From NCBI GenBank assembly GCA_965203295.1, contig CBDBCZ010000019.1, positions 1,952,001 through 2,016,000 on the forward strand: DNA of 64,000 bases, in the 5' to 3' direction. Below the pieces are notes generated by a model. It was not told the DNA's origin, searched no databases, and saw nothing but the letters and a program-made list of their open reading frames with translations. The position numbers were made by a program, and so were the translations under genes. Shown here piece after piece: positions 33,117-42,920 of the stretch (its first letter is position 1; every line of letters starts with the position of its first letter). This DNA is from Nitrospirales bacterium. Lineage in GTDB: Bacteria > Nitrospirota > Nitrospiria > Nitrospirales > UBA8639.

Positions 33117-34325
33117 ATGAAACTTCATAAAACAAATGGAATTGATCAACATTCTAAATCCAGCATGCACAGAGACAGAGACGAAGATCGAGACTTCATC
33201 GGAAATGGCTTTTCAATACATTCATCTTTGGAAACTGAAAGGCCAAGTTCACAAGGCGAGTATAATGGCCGTGCTCTCGAATCTATTTATTTTCGGGCTT
33301 TTGCGACTCGCCCAATCTTGAAGAGGGATCATGAGTTTGAATTAGCTAAACAAATTGATGACAGTTCCCAACGTATCCGGACTTTGATCACAGAAGCGAT
33401 ACGCATCATCAAACGATTGGGAACGAACCATAATCAAGATCAAGCCCTGAACACACTCAAGAATGTGAAAGGACTCAGCGGGCTCTCTGCTCCTTCTGTT
33501 GACGAAGTCCAGAGTACGTTATCCGAAGTCATGAATGCGCAAAGCATGATTAAAAGGAAACTCCAACAAATCCAGGATCACATTGCTCGGGCACGAACCA
33601 CTCTTGAGAAAGCCAAGGGAAGCCTGGTTCAGCGAAACCTGCGATTGGTGGTGGATATTGCCAAACGATTTTCCGGGCGCGGCCTTGCCATGCTTGACCT
33701 TGTCCAAGAAGGCAATATTGGCCTTATGCGTGCAGCAGAGCGGTTTCAGTACAAAAAAAGCTTTAAATTCAGCACATACGCCACCTGGTGGGTCAGGCAA
33801 GGAATCATGAGAGCCATAGCCGATCAATCACGGACCATTCGGATTCCTGTTCATACCACAGAGGCTTGGCAACGCATTACTCGGACCACCCAAAGTCTTG
33901 CCCAAAAATATGGACGAGAACCAGGGTATGAGGAAATTGGCCATTCTCTGGGTGTCACACCAGAACGTGTTCACGAAACTCTCCAGGCATTCCAAGAAAC
34001 CATCTCTTTGGACAGTCCTGGAACAGCAGAGGGAGACACTCATTTGGGAGAATATATCCCGGACGAGAATATCCTGCCACCGGATTATCACCTCGAAGAA
34101 CACCAAACAACGAGGCGAGTGAACCAAATCCTGGGAACCTTGCCCCCTCGAGAACGAGAGATTATTCGCTTACGATTTGGCATCGGGCAAGACCAACCTG
34201 CGACATTGGAAGAAGTAGGCCAAACGATGGGGGTCACCCGTGAGCGGATTCGTCAAATTGAGATGGTTGCCCTACAGAAACTACGCGAACCTGCCATCAA
34301 ACACATGTTTGCGGAGATTCGGTAA
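33117..34325 (+). CDS. RpoD/RpoS-like sigma70 factor (no region 1.1)
   Basis: NLRLVVDIAK, DLVQEGNIGL, FSTYATWWVRQ, TLEEVG..TRERIRQIE. Confidence 0.92.
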   Translation: MKLHKTNGIDQHSKSSMHRDRDEDRDFIGNGFSIHSSLETERPSSQGEYNGRALESIYFRAFATRPILKRDHEFELAKQIDDSSQRIRTLITEAIRIIKRLGTNHNQDQALNTLKNVKGLSGLSAPSVDEVQSTLSEVMNAQSMIKRKLQQIQDHIARARTTLEKAKGSLVQRNLRLVVDIAKRFSGRGLAMLDLVQEGNIGLMRAAERFQYKKSFKFSTYATWWVRQGIMRAIADQSRTIRIPVHTTEAWQRITRTTQSLAQKYGREPGYEEIGHSLGVTPERVHETLQAFQETISLDSPGTAEGDTHLGEYIPDENILPPDYHLEEHQTTRRVNQILGTLPPREREIIRLRFGIGQDQPATLEEVGQTMGVTRERIRQIEMVALQKLREPAIKHMFAEIR

Positions 34326-34366
34326 GCATAGTAGGGGTGGAGGATGATAGGGCAGTATCTGGAAAG

Positions 34367-34609
34367 TGTAAAAACTTGAATTTCAGTTGACGACCACTGT
34401 CAAATGAAGTTGGGAATGCCTACGACACGCAGGGACCTGAGTCGGCATCCCCGCTAAAACATTGCGGGGATGCCGGGGTCAGGATCCACGAGCCACACCC
34501 CTCTAGCTTTTCAGAACTTCTCGGGACCTATCTGAAATAACAAAACCAAACTTTATACTTGAAACTCCCTTCCCAGACACTGCCTGAAAGAACAACACCA
34601 AGTTTTTAC
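34367..34609. repeat. MITE-like family B copy
   Basis: TGTAAAAACTTG..CAAGTTTTTAC inverted ends; internal ggcatccccgc..gcggggatgcc hairpin; lies between convergent genes. Confidence 0.8.
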
Positions 34610-34612
34610 CTA

Positions 34613-36706
34613 TCAATCAATACCCGCCAGGTCGCAGAGAAAGGTATAGATATAAGCGAGTTCCTTGTACTTCCTGAAGCGTCCGGATACCCCACCGTGA
34701 CCAGCGTCTATGTTAGTTTTTAATAAGATACGAGTCGGATTCGTTTTCAGTGCACGTAATTTGGCAACCCACTTGGCTGACTCCCAGAACTGCACCTGGG
34801 AGTCATGTAAGCCGGTCGTCACCAGCAAATGAGGGTAATCTTTCGCTTCCACATTATCGTAAGGTGAATGCGAAAGGATATAGTCGTACTGTTCTTTTAT
34901 GTTTGGATTCCCCCATTCATCGTATTCACCTGTTGTGAGAGGAATGCTGGGATCCAACATAGTGGTGATCACATCCACAAAGGGTACCTGAGCAATCACT
35001 CCTTTAAATACATCGGGACGCATGTTCATGACGGCGCCCATCAACAGTCCTCCGGCACTTCCTCCCATCGCAAAGAGCATGTCAGGATTTCCATACCCAT
35101 TGCGGATAAGGTGTTCGCCACATGCGATAAAATCTGAAAAGGTATTTTGTTTCTTGAATAATTTACCCTCCTCATACCAGGTTCGCCCCAACTCTTCCCC
35201 CCCTCGAACGTGGGCAATGGCAAAAACAAATCCTCGATCAAGAAGTGACAACCTGGGGGAGCTAAATGCCGCATCCATACTGGCCCCATAGGAACCGTAG
35301 CCATAAAGCAGAAGAGGATTCTGACCAGGTCTTTTGAAGTCCTTTCGATAGACAATGGAAATGGGAACTTCAACACCATCCTCCGCCTTGGCCCACACCC
35401 GCTCTGTTTGATAAAGGCTGGACTCAAACCCTCCCAACACTTCTTCTTGCTTCAGAAGGGTTTTTTCTCGATTCACAAGATTATAGTCAAACACAGAATG
35501 GGGTGTGGTCATGGAGGTATATTCAAAACGAAGCATCGTGGTATCGAGTTCTGGGTTGTCCCCCAAGGAAACAAGATAGACAGGTTCCCCAAAGTCAAGG
35601 TCATGCGCTCCTTCGCCCTCCCAAGGAATGATGCGGAGATGCACAAGCCCCTTTTTGCGTTCTTCCACAACGAGGTGATCTTTGAACAGCTCGAAGGATT
35701 CAAGAAGCACCTCATCACGATGAGGAATGACCTCCTGCCAATGATCTTTCCCCGAGTTAGCAACCGGCGTCATCGCTAACCGAAAGTTCTTAGCCTTGTC
35801 GTTCGTACGAATGTAAAACGATTCCTCAACGTGGTCTACATCATATTCATGATCACGCTCTCTTGGCGCGATTATCCTAAAGTCTCCACAAGGATTGTTC
35901 GCCTCAAGGTAACGATATTCACTGCTCACGGTTTGGTGCGAGGCAATGAATACATATTGTTTTGATTTGGACTTCATCACATAGGTGGAAAAGGTCTCAT
36001 CTTGTTCCTCGTAAACAAGTTGCTCCTGTGACACGTTGTTTCCCAAGATGTGTCGCATCACTTGGTACGACCGCAGCGTGTTCGGATCCTGTTTGGCATA
36101 AAAAATAGTTTGGTTATCATTGGCCCAGGCCATATTGCCAGTTACCCCAGAGATCACATCTGCCAACGTTTCGCCCGTCATCAAATTTTTGAAATGAATC
36201 GTGTAGATTCGACGGCCCTGCGTATCGACCGCATAAGCCAGAATGTCTTGACCATAACTCACGACACACCCACCCACGGCGAAAAATTCATGCCCCTCTG
36301 CTAGCACATTCACGTCCAGCATGAGGTATTCGTCTCGTTCCAATGAGCCTTTTTTTCGACAAAACAACGGATATTCGCATCCCTCTTCGAATCGCGTATA
36401 GTAGTAATAATCATCTAACTTATACGGAACCGACAAATCAGTTTGTTTGATCCTGCCTTTGATTTCTTCAAACATCGAGGCTTCGAAGTTTTCCCGGTGA
36501 GCCATCACGGCCTTGGCATAGTCATTTTCAGCTTCAAGATACTTCACCACCTCAGGGTTTTCTCGTTCCTTTAGCCAATAATAATTATCAATTCGGATAT
36601 GTCCATGCCGTTCCAAACGCTTAGGGATTTGCGGGACTCTCGGAGGTGACATATTTTCTCGGCTCTCAGGGTTGGACATAAGCGAAACTCCTTTAGGATT
36701 CATCAT
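34613..36706 (-). CDS. ptrB: oligopeptidase B (S9A)
   Basis: DNYYWLK, YGYGSYG, HVRGGEELG, GGSAGG, HDSQV, AGHGG. Confidence 0.95.
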   Translation of the reverse strand: MMNPKGVSLMSNPESRENMSPPRVPQIPKRLERHGHIRIDNYYWLKERENPEVVKYLEAENDYAKAVMAHRENFEASMFEEIKGRIKQTDLSVPYKLDDYYYYTRFEEGCEYPLFCRKKGSLERDEYLMLDVNVLAEGHEFFAVGGCVVSYGQDILAYAVDTQGRRIYTIHFKNLMTGETLADVISGVTGNMAWANDNQTIFYAKQDPNTLRSYQVMRHILGNNVSQEQLVYEEQDETFSTYVMKSKSKQYVFIASHQTVSSEYRYLEANNPCGDFRIIAPRERDHEYDVDHVEESFYIRTNDKAKNFRLAMTPVANSGKDHWQEVIPHRDEVLLESFELFKDHLVVEERKKGLVHLRIIPWEGEGAHDLDFGEPVYLVSLGDNPELDTTMLRFEYTSMTTPHSVFDYNLVNREKTLLKQEEVLGGFESSLYQTERVWAKAEDGVEVPISIVYRKDFKRPGQNPLLLYGYGSYGASMDAAFSSPRLSLLDRGFVFAIAHVRGGEELGRTWYEEGKLFKKQNTFSDFIACGEHLIRNGYGNPDMLFAMGGSAGGLLMGAVMNMRPDVFKGVIAQVPFVDVITTMLDPSIPLTTGEYDEWGNPNIKEQYDYILSHSPYDNVEAKDYPHLLVTTGLHDSQVQFWESAKWVAKLRALKTNPTRILLKTNIDAGHGGVSGRFRKYKELAYIYTFLCDLAGID

Positions 36707-36736
36707 GGGAAAAAGGCCACATGGGCGAGGGTTATC

Positions 36737-37195
36737 TCATTCTTCATCAGACAGATGCCGTGTGGATCGCATCTTTTTTACAAGGCTTTGCTGTCTCTTA
36801 TCCTTCACCTTGCGGACACGAGCAACCGAAGGGATCGACGTGCGTTTTCGGATTGCTCTGGGATGAAGGGCGTCGACAATAAGGGCGGAGAACCGGGCAA
36901 GCAAGTCAGCTCGATTCGCAGCCTGACTTCGATGGCGTTGAGCATGAAGCTTCAACACTCCGTCTTTATTGATACGTGTTCCCACGGCTTTCGTGATCTG
37001 CCCTTTTTGTTCCTTCGTCAGAATCTGTGAACGCGATAGATCAAAATGTAATGTGACTCGGCTATTGACCTTATTCACATACCGTCCCCCTGGCCCGCCA
37101 CTGCGAGAGGCTGTAAATCCTATTTCCTTTTGCAAATCCGTCAAGAGTCTTTCGAAGGAACTCATATCTTGAACCAATTGAGAACTAGATTCCAA
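36737..37195 (-). CDS. arfB: alternative ribosome rescue factor B with GGQ replaced by GGR
   Basis: SRSGGPGGRYVNKVNSRV, QRHRSQAANR, basic C-terminal tail. Confidence 0.85.
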   Translation of the reverse strand: MESSSQLVQDMSSFERLLTDLQKEIGFTASRSGGPGGRYVNKVNSRVTLHFDLSRSQILTKEQKGQITKAVGTRINKDGVLKLHAQRHRSQAANRADLLARFSALIVDALHPRAIRKRTSIPSVARVRKVKDKRQQSLVKKMRSTRHLSDEE

Positions 37196-37328
37196 ACCCA
37201 GTTCACTAATTTATGAGGTTTCTTATTACTCCTGCAACCAGAAGGAGACAAAAATATCTCAACCCGATTCAAGAAAGGAACATGGGGGATTTAGAAAAAA
37301 GATAGAGAAATGAAAGCAGGTAGGCTCA

Positions 37329-37364
37329 GGAGGGGGGCTTCACTCTGGCGCGAACGCCCCCTCC
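37329..37364 (-). terminator. GC-rich hairpin downstream of hsp20
   Basis: ggaggggggc..gccccctcc inverted repeat; U-tail is weak. Confidence 0.45.
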
Positions 37365-37394
37365 CGAATCGAGGAAAGTGGGTAATCCACATCT

Positions 37395-37832
37395 TTACTT
37401 CGCTTCTATTGGAATGAACCGTGGTTTGGCTTTCTCCTGCTTTGCTACAGTGATCGTCAAAATCCCACGATCATATGTCGCCTTACTTTCGTCAGGATTC
37501 ACATAGGTCGGCAAGGAAAAGGTCCGGGCAAATGTCCCATATTGGGCCTCCCTGAAGAGATAGCCGTCCTTATTTTCATCGTGCTCAACCTTGTGCTCAC
37601 CTTTCAATTGCAGATTCCTATCAGTCACAGAAATCGTCACATCTTTCATATCAATGCCCGGCAATTGGGCCTCAAGGTATAAATTTTCTTTGTCCTCATA
37701 GACATTTACCGCTGGTGTAAAATTCGCAACTTCACCATTCCGGTCATCCCACACGGGCCCACGAAACGGGTGTCCCTCCCACCAGTTGAGGGTTTGTTCA
37801 ATTTCTTTAAACGGATCCCATTTGACCAACAT
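37395..37832 (-). CDS. Hsp20/alpha-crystallin small heat shock protein
   Basis: PAVNVYED, LPGID, YGTFARTFSLP, YDRGILTI. Confidence 0.95.
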   Translation of the reverse strand: MLVKWDPFKEIEQTLNWWEGHPFRGPVWDDRNGEVANFTPAVNVYEDKENLYLEAQLPGIDMKDVTISVTDRNLQLKGEHKVEHDENKDGYLFREAQYGTFARTFSLPTYVNPDESKATYDRGILTITVAKQEKAKPRFIPIEAK

Positions 37833-37889
37833 AATATATCCTCCTTTTTTATCAGAAATTTACTTCGTTTTAGGCGCCTCTGACATTTT

Positions 37890-37943
37890 AGATAAGTCGC
37901 CTCTGGAAAAAGTCAAGCGAAGCATGTGTCAACATTTGACACA
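37890..37943 (-). promoter_or_regulatory. RpoH-like promoter plus upstream palindromic operator
   Basis: CTTG-N17-CTTATCT (37917 to 37890); TGTGTCAA-cat-TTGACACA at 37925-37943. Confidence 0.45.
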
Positions 37944-37982
37944 ACCTTAATACGGAAAAAAATTAAAGAGTGCGAATGAAGG

Positions 37983-39752
37983 TTATTGAGACGCTGAGAA
38001 GGGAAGCCGGGTATTCTGGCGTTGGGCAAGGGTATCATCAAATACATTTTGATATTTCTGGACTGCTGTCTCCCAAGAAAACCGGTCCAGCATTTGGAAC
38101 CCTTGAAAAATCATGTTGGCATAATCTACTTGTCGATTACGGTAAAGATCAATCGCATCGAGAAATGCTTGAGTGGCAGCTTTAACCATGGCGTCAAATA
38201 AGGGAGTTCCCCTTCGATCATCTAAACGATCTCCAAGAGGCCAGTACCCACAAGTCAAAATTTTTCGCCACCCCGATTCAAGGACATCGGGAGGCATATC
38301 AGTTTCTCGAAAAAGAAAGCCAGTGGGTGGGTCTTGGGATGTGTGAAATTGAGCTGCTAACCTTCTTACCTCATCAGTAGAGCATCGCGATGGGTAAGGG
38401 GCAACTTGTTGAACGAGCCCTCCCGTGGCCCGCGCAACGACAGGAGTTCCCACAACATAACCTTCAGTCGCGCCTCCAAAGGGTTCATACAACGAACACA
38501 TGACCAAAAAGGACGCTCCACGCTGCAGTTCGATATATCCTTGAGCCATACGAAATGGAAAGACTTTCATCTCTCCCGGTCTCTGCTCGGTCAAGGCTTT
38601 TAAGAAACCTAACCCTTCTAGCCCCTCATCACCTGGAATTGAGGTAAACACAAACTTTGCTACGCCAGGCGGAAGCTCTTGGATAGCTGCCACAGCCAAG
38701 TCATATCCTTTTTGACGAGGATCATCACGGCCAAATAACAGAAACACGGGCCCGTCAAAATTCGACCAATCGAGCCTGCCCCAAGCCTGATGTGGTTGAT
38801 AGTGCGTAAGGACTTGAATCATGGTCTTTCGTCGATTTGCTTTTTCTTCCAATAGCGGGGAGAAATTTCCATTGTTGGCTGCATCCAGTGCATGTTCAGG
38901 ATAGTCCAGGGTTCCGAAGAGACCATTATTAATGCCAATGATCCCTTTCTTGTTAAAATGAACTTGAAGGTTTGGGGCATAGACAACCGTATGAAGAGGA
39001 TCATGAAGCAACTCTTGAGCGAAATGATCCGAAACCGTGCAGAGAGGCCCGTGCATTAAAGGGATCATTTTGGTCAGGATAGTCGATCCCGGCAGCCGGG
39101 TTTTCGCAATTTTGCCAATCTCGGCTTCACTGACATCGTGGTCATAAGAATTATGCAAGGTCAGAACGCAGGCAGCAGCGTCAATGGCTGACTCTTCTCT
39201 CACAGCAAAAGCCACACAAGCGGTTTCCCAATCTTGTAAACTCAGAATGAGGTTCTTAGTAAACCCAAGTTTAATTAATGCCTTGGGAAGGGCAGCGCAG
39301 AAAAACAAGGCATCCTGCAGCAATTGCGCGGGGTTGTCAGGATTCAAATAGGGATTAAAAGGGGATTTGGGGGAAGGGGGATCTCCTCCATCACACGGAG
39401 CATTAAAAAAATCCTGGCTGTCGAGAAGATAAGTCTGAAATCCAGCCGAATCGGAATGCTGTAAGACCTCAATAGAATGGACTTGCTTGCCAAACCGAAG
39501 GTGAAACCGATGCCCTGTCGATTGGATTTCTGAATTGATTTTTTTTCGGGAAGTTATCTGCTGAAAATACGGGGCGATGGTGAAACAGGATCCATAGCCT
39601 GCTTGGGCCATCCGCTTGGGCAACACTCGCATAACGGCACTGAGTCCGCCCAAGGGAGCAAATTCGCTTTCAAACGTGACAAAAACAACCGTTTTTTCGT
39701 ATGAGGGAATGTGCGGTGCGCATGGATGCCTTCCAATCCTTTTCACATACAC
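37983..39752 (-). CDS. divergent glycogen/starch synthase-like GT-B glycosyltransferase (GT5)
   Basis: FAPLGGLSAV, QDWETA, LTLHN, GRDDPRQKGYD, SLYEPFG, RATGGL. Confidence 0.75.
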   Translation of the reverse strand: MYVKRIGRHPCAPHIPSYEKTVVFVTFESEFAPLGGLSAVMRVLPKRMAQAGYGSCFTIAPYFQQITSRKKINSEIQSTGHRFHLRFGKQVHSIEVLQHSDSAGFQTYLLDSQDFFNAPCDGGDPPSPKSPFNPYLNPDNPAQLLQDALFFCAALPKALIKLGFTKNLILSLQDWETACVAFAVREESAIDAAACVLTLHNSYDHDVSEAEIGKIAKTRLPGSTILTKMIPLMHGPLCTVSDHFAQELLHDPLHTVVYAPNLQVHFNKKGIIGINNGLFGTLDYPEHALDAANNGNFSPLLEEKANRRKTMIQVLTHYQPHQAWGRLDWSNFDGPVFLLFGRDDPRQKGYDLAVAAIQELPPGVAKFVFTSIPGDEGLEGLGFLKALTEQRPGEMKVFPFRMAQGYIELQRGASFLVMCSLYEPFGGATEGYVVGTPVVARATGGLVQQVAPYPSRCSTDEVRRLAAQFHTSQDPPTGFLFRETDMPPDVLESGWRKILTCGYWPLGDRLDDRRGTPLFDAMVKAATQAFLDAIDLYRNRQVDYANMIFQGFQMLDRFSWETAVQKYQNVFDDTLAQRQNTRLPFSASQ

Positions 39753-39897
39753 TCCTCTCGCCCATCCTTCATCGTGAATGGGAAAACCATCGGAAGTGGA
39801 TTAGAGAACGGCAAGGAAAGAATCCAACGACCCTAGCTCACTCCTAAACACATTTCAAGAACAGTTCAAGAGAGCCCAATAGAATGCCCTATCTTCA

Positions 39898-40125
39898 CTA
39901 CTCCGGAAGCAGCATATACGCAGCAATCAAGATCAGTGGAGTCGCAATTCTACCCGCTGTTTTGCCCAAGACGTCAAACACTCCATAGATCAAAATGATG
40001 GCAATGAAAGAGAAATACATGGCCGCAATGCCTCCGTAACTCGCCGATGGTTCGTTGGCAAGAGCAACTTTGGGAAGGAGACAACTTAAACTTCCCAGTA
40101 GTCCGTAGAATGCACGCTTGATCAT
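39898..40125 (-). CDS. small membrane protein
   Basis: Signal peptide plus two hydrophobic helices; RBS AAGGAGG. Confidence 0.7.
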   Translation of the reverse strand: MIKRAFYGLLGSLSCLLPKVALANEPSASYGGIAAMYFSFIAIILIYGVFDVLGKTAGRIATPLILIAAYMLLPE

Positions 40126-40433
40126 AAGGTTCCCTCCTTATTGAACAGTTCGCTCAGGTCGCAATAAACCTAAGCTTCCTTTTGAACATACAACTTTTGT
40201 TTTTTTGACGCCGTTTTATGGCCCATAACTGCCTAAAAAATGGGGTGCAAATAGCCAATTGAGAAATCGGCATCGAGTTCACCGATTTCCTATCAAGACC
40301 AACCCAAAAGAAGGCCAAGATCAGCATAATTAAACGTAAAGGAGCGGGGAAGTCAAGAGGATTTACGAAATTCAGATCAAGATTTTGCTTTTCCCTGTAG
40401 TTGGTCCTGTTGGATCAGATATATGCCTGATTT

Positions 40434-40772
40434 TCAACGAAGAATGGCTATCATAATCCCCACCGAGATCATATATAGAGTCATGGCACCAGCAAAAGAA
40501 AGCCAAAAACCTAATCGGTTGATGCCGAAAATCATGACCATCACGTAGACAAACCAGGGAGGAGATAACCATATCAAGTTTTTAGCAAAGGAGAGGGTGT
40601 GGTCATTCCCCGTATTGAGATAAATGAGAATAAACGTCACCCCGCTAATCATGGGGAATGTGCTGGCAAGGGCGGCAAAAAATCCCTTTCCATGAGAACC
40701 CAAGTACGTAGAAAGAGAGACCAGTGTTCCACCTAGGATAAAGTATAGGAGATATTTGACCCATTCGTTCAT
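40434..40772 (-). CDS. DUF3147/GlpM-like four-TM membrane protein
   Basis: FILGGTLVS..GFFAALASTFPMIS. Confidence 0.7.
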   Translation of the reverse strand: MNEWVKYLLYFILGGTLVSLSTYLGSHGKGFFAALASTFPMISGVTFILIYLNTGNDHTLSFAKNLIWLSPPWFVYVMVMIFGINRLGFWLSFAGAMTLYMISVGIMIAILR

Positions 40773-41818
40773 AGCCCACCCGAAATCATGAGTTCGGAAG
40801 AAACAGCGTTTCCTTCTTTAAAAGCCTCCTGAGCCTCACGAATGATCACATGTCCCATCCCTGTATACCTGGGAGAAAAATGGAACACGACTAACTCTCG
40901 CACACCTGCCTTGTTGGCCAGAATGCCGGCTTGTTGAGCGGTCAGATGGTGTCGCTCATAGGCTTTGTCCGCATCACGTCCTAAATACGGAGCTTCACAA
41001 AAGAAGACATCCGCCCCCCGTGCAAGCTCAACGATTTTCTCTTCATTTTCTGGGTCAAACCGGCAGTCAACAACATAGGCGATTTTTTGCCCTCGCGTCA
41101 TGGTGGTAAATTGGTCCCGCACTTGACCCAGAATAAATTCTCGCTCTTCTTTCCTGTGCTCAAAATACAACGTGGCAAGAAATCGAAAGTCATCCGGCCG
41201 CCCTTCCCATAGGTACTGTTTGACCTCCTTCAGCCATGACCCGACGGGAAGCCCGACTGCATGGAGTCGCTCCTTGTTGATATTAATGTGAAATTGTTCT
41301 TGAAGGGCAAAGGCCAAAGACGGAATGCGATGGTTCAACGCCACCGACCAAATCGAGAACATCGGATCTTCCAGCATAGGGAAAACGCCGGATCGATCCA
41401 ATGGGTGAGAGTCGCCTGGCTGTAACGTAAACCCTTCTCCAGCCTCAAAGGTCGCGACTTTGATTTCATGTGGGTGAAATTCTCGCACTTCAATGATGAG
41501 AGGATATCCATCGACTAAATTCCATATGTACCCTCGAAGCTTCCCCTCAACATTCTCAATCAGACCTGGAGGCCCATAGAAGCGCAAAGTTTTCCCACGG
41601 CCCAAAGCCATACGGAGAAGACGATCAAAACCGATAAAGTGATCCATGTGGGTATGAGAAACAAAGACATTTCTCGCTCGCAAGAGTCTCGTGGGAGACA
41701 GAGATTCATTCGAACCCAGATCGAAAAGCAGAGCCCGACGCGACCATCGAACCTCCACATACAACCCTGGATCCCAAAACACATCATTCACAAGTTGCGG
41801 TGAAAAAGAAGGGGTCAT
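40769..41818 (-). CDS. rnz: ribonuclease Z-like MBL-fold hydrolase
   Basis: SHTHMDHFIG, LNHRIP, YVVD, CEA, HHLT, FHFSPRY. Confidence 0.8.
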   Translation of the reverse strand: MTPSFSPQLVNDVFWDPGLYVEVRWSRRALLFDLGSNESLSPTRLLRARNVFVSHTHMDHFIGFDRLLRMALGRGKTLRFYGPPGLIENVEGKLRGYIWNLVDGYPLIIEVREFHPHEIKVATFEAGEGFTLQPGDSHPLDRSGVFPMLEDPMFSIWSVALNHRIPSLAFALQEQFHININKERLHAVGLPVGSWLKEVKQYLWEGRPDDFRFLATLYFEHRKEEREFILGQVRDQFTTMTRGQKIAYVVDCRFDPENEEKIVELARGADVFFCEAPYLGRDADKAYERHHLTAQQAGILANKAGVRELVVFHFSPRYTGMGHVIIREAQEAFKEGNAVSSELMISGGL

Positions 41819-42513
41819 GTCAGAACCGTTTTGACACACAGGTACATAATGACGACTTCAACGGCATGGGCCGTAATCGTGGCATACAGCGTTCTGGTCT
41901 TAGAAAACATCCAGCCCCAGATGACCCCATCCCACACGGCAATCCAGTGAAGATGTTTGAATGTGTTGACCAGGAAGGGGTCAAAGGCAAAGACAAGCGC
42001 TGAACACCCAATGGCCGCACGGCTCTCCCATGACCATCGCCGCGATTTAGCCTCACGATGACCCAACTTCCCTGTATTGGCAAGTGTCATAAGCCGCCCG
42101 AGAATAAAACCTCGAAAATTGAGCTCCACTCCAATCGCAATTGCGATAATCAACCAAGGCACCATCATGATAATCGGCACCTTGGCATGAGGGGTTTCCT
42201 TTAAGAATGCGATGTCATACCCCATTTCAGGAGCAGCCCAAAGAATGACGATTGAATTGCACGCCCCTAACACGACACCAATGACAGCTCCTAACCGGAT
42301 GCCTTTGGCCGTCAAAACAGTCGATAAACCGAGCCGTTGAGTAATACTTGTATTGTACCCAATCCAGAACGCTAAACCGAGATAGCCTACAAGCTGCGGA
42401 AGAAATTGGACGAAGGTTTGAATTTGAAGAGATTCAGGAAGGAAGTAGAAGACACATGTGGCAACAACAGGGAAAAAGGCTAACCAGGTACGCTGTTCTT
42501 GTCGATGAGCCAT
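41815..42513 (-). CDS. CPBP/Abi family intramembrane metalloprotease
   Basis: VELNFRG and ITAHAVE motifs; multiple TM helices. Confidence 0.75.
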   Translation of the reverse strand: MAHRQEQRTWLAFFPVVATCVFYFLPESLQIQTFVQFLPQLVGYLGLAFWIGYNTSITQRLGLSTVLTAKGIRLGAVIGVVLGACNSIVILWAAPEMGYDIAFLKETPHAKVPIIMMVPWLIIAIAIGVELNFRGFILGRLMTLANTGKLGHREAKSRRWSWESRAAIGCSALVFAFDPFLVNTFKHLHWIAVWDGVIWGWMFSKTRTLYATITAHAVEVVIMYLCVKTVLT

Positions 42514-42522
42514 ATCATAAAC

Positions 42523-42890
42523 TGTAAAAACTTGAATTTCAGTTGACGGACACGGTCAGGAGAAGTTGGGAATTCCTGCCTCATGAGGGAACCCAGTCGT
42601 CATGCCTACAGTCGTCGACGGGTCTCCAGGATGTTTGGTTCAATCGTTTTTATTTGAGCGGGGTTTCGGCCCCGCACGCCGAGGTCCTTTTGTTTTGGCA
42701 AAAGGACCCAAAACCATTCCCGCCCTCGCATGGCCCTGCGGGTCTCCTTCATCCCAGCACCGAATCTCATGGCTGCGGAACTCGCTCCGCTCAGACAGTC
42801 CTCGCCGCATTGTCGGATTCGGCACTGGGACTCAGCCACGCGCAAGGCGGAACACACAGATTCAAAAAAGGTCAAATCCAAGTCTTTACA
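42523..42890. repeat. composite repeat: family B ends enclosing family A copy 2 (42599-42872)
   Basis: TGTAAAAACTTG..CAAGTCTTTACA ends; interior matches 5539-5812. Confidence 0.85.
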
Positions 42891-42920
42891 CAAAACAATG
42901 ACGAAAAGAGACTGCCGACT

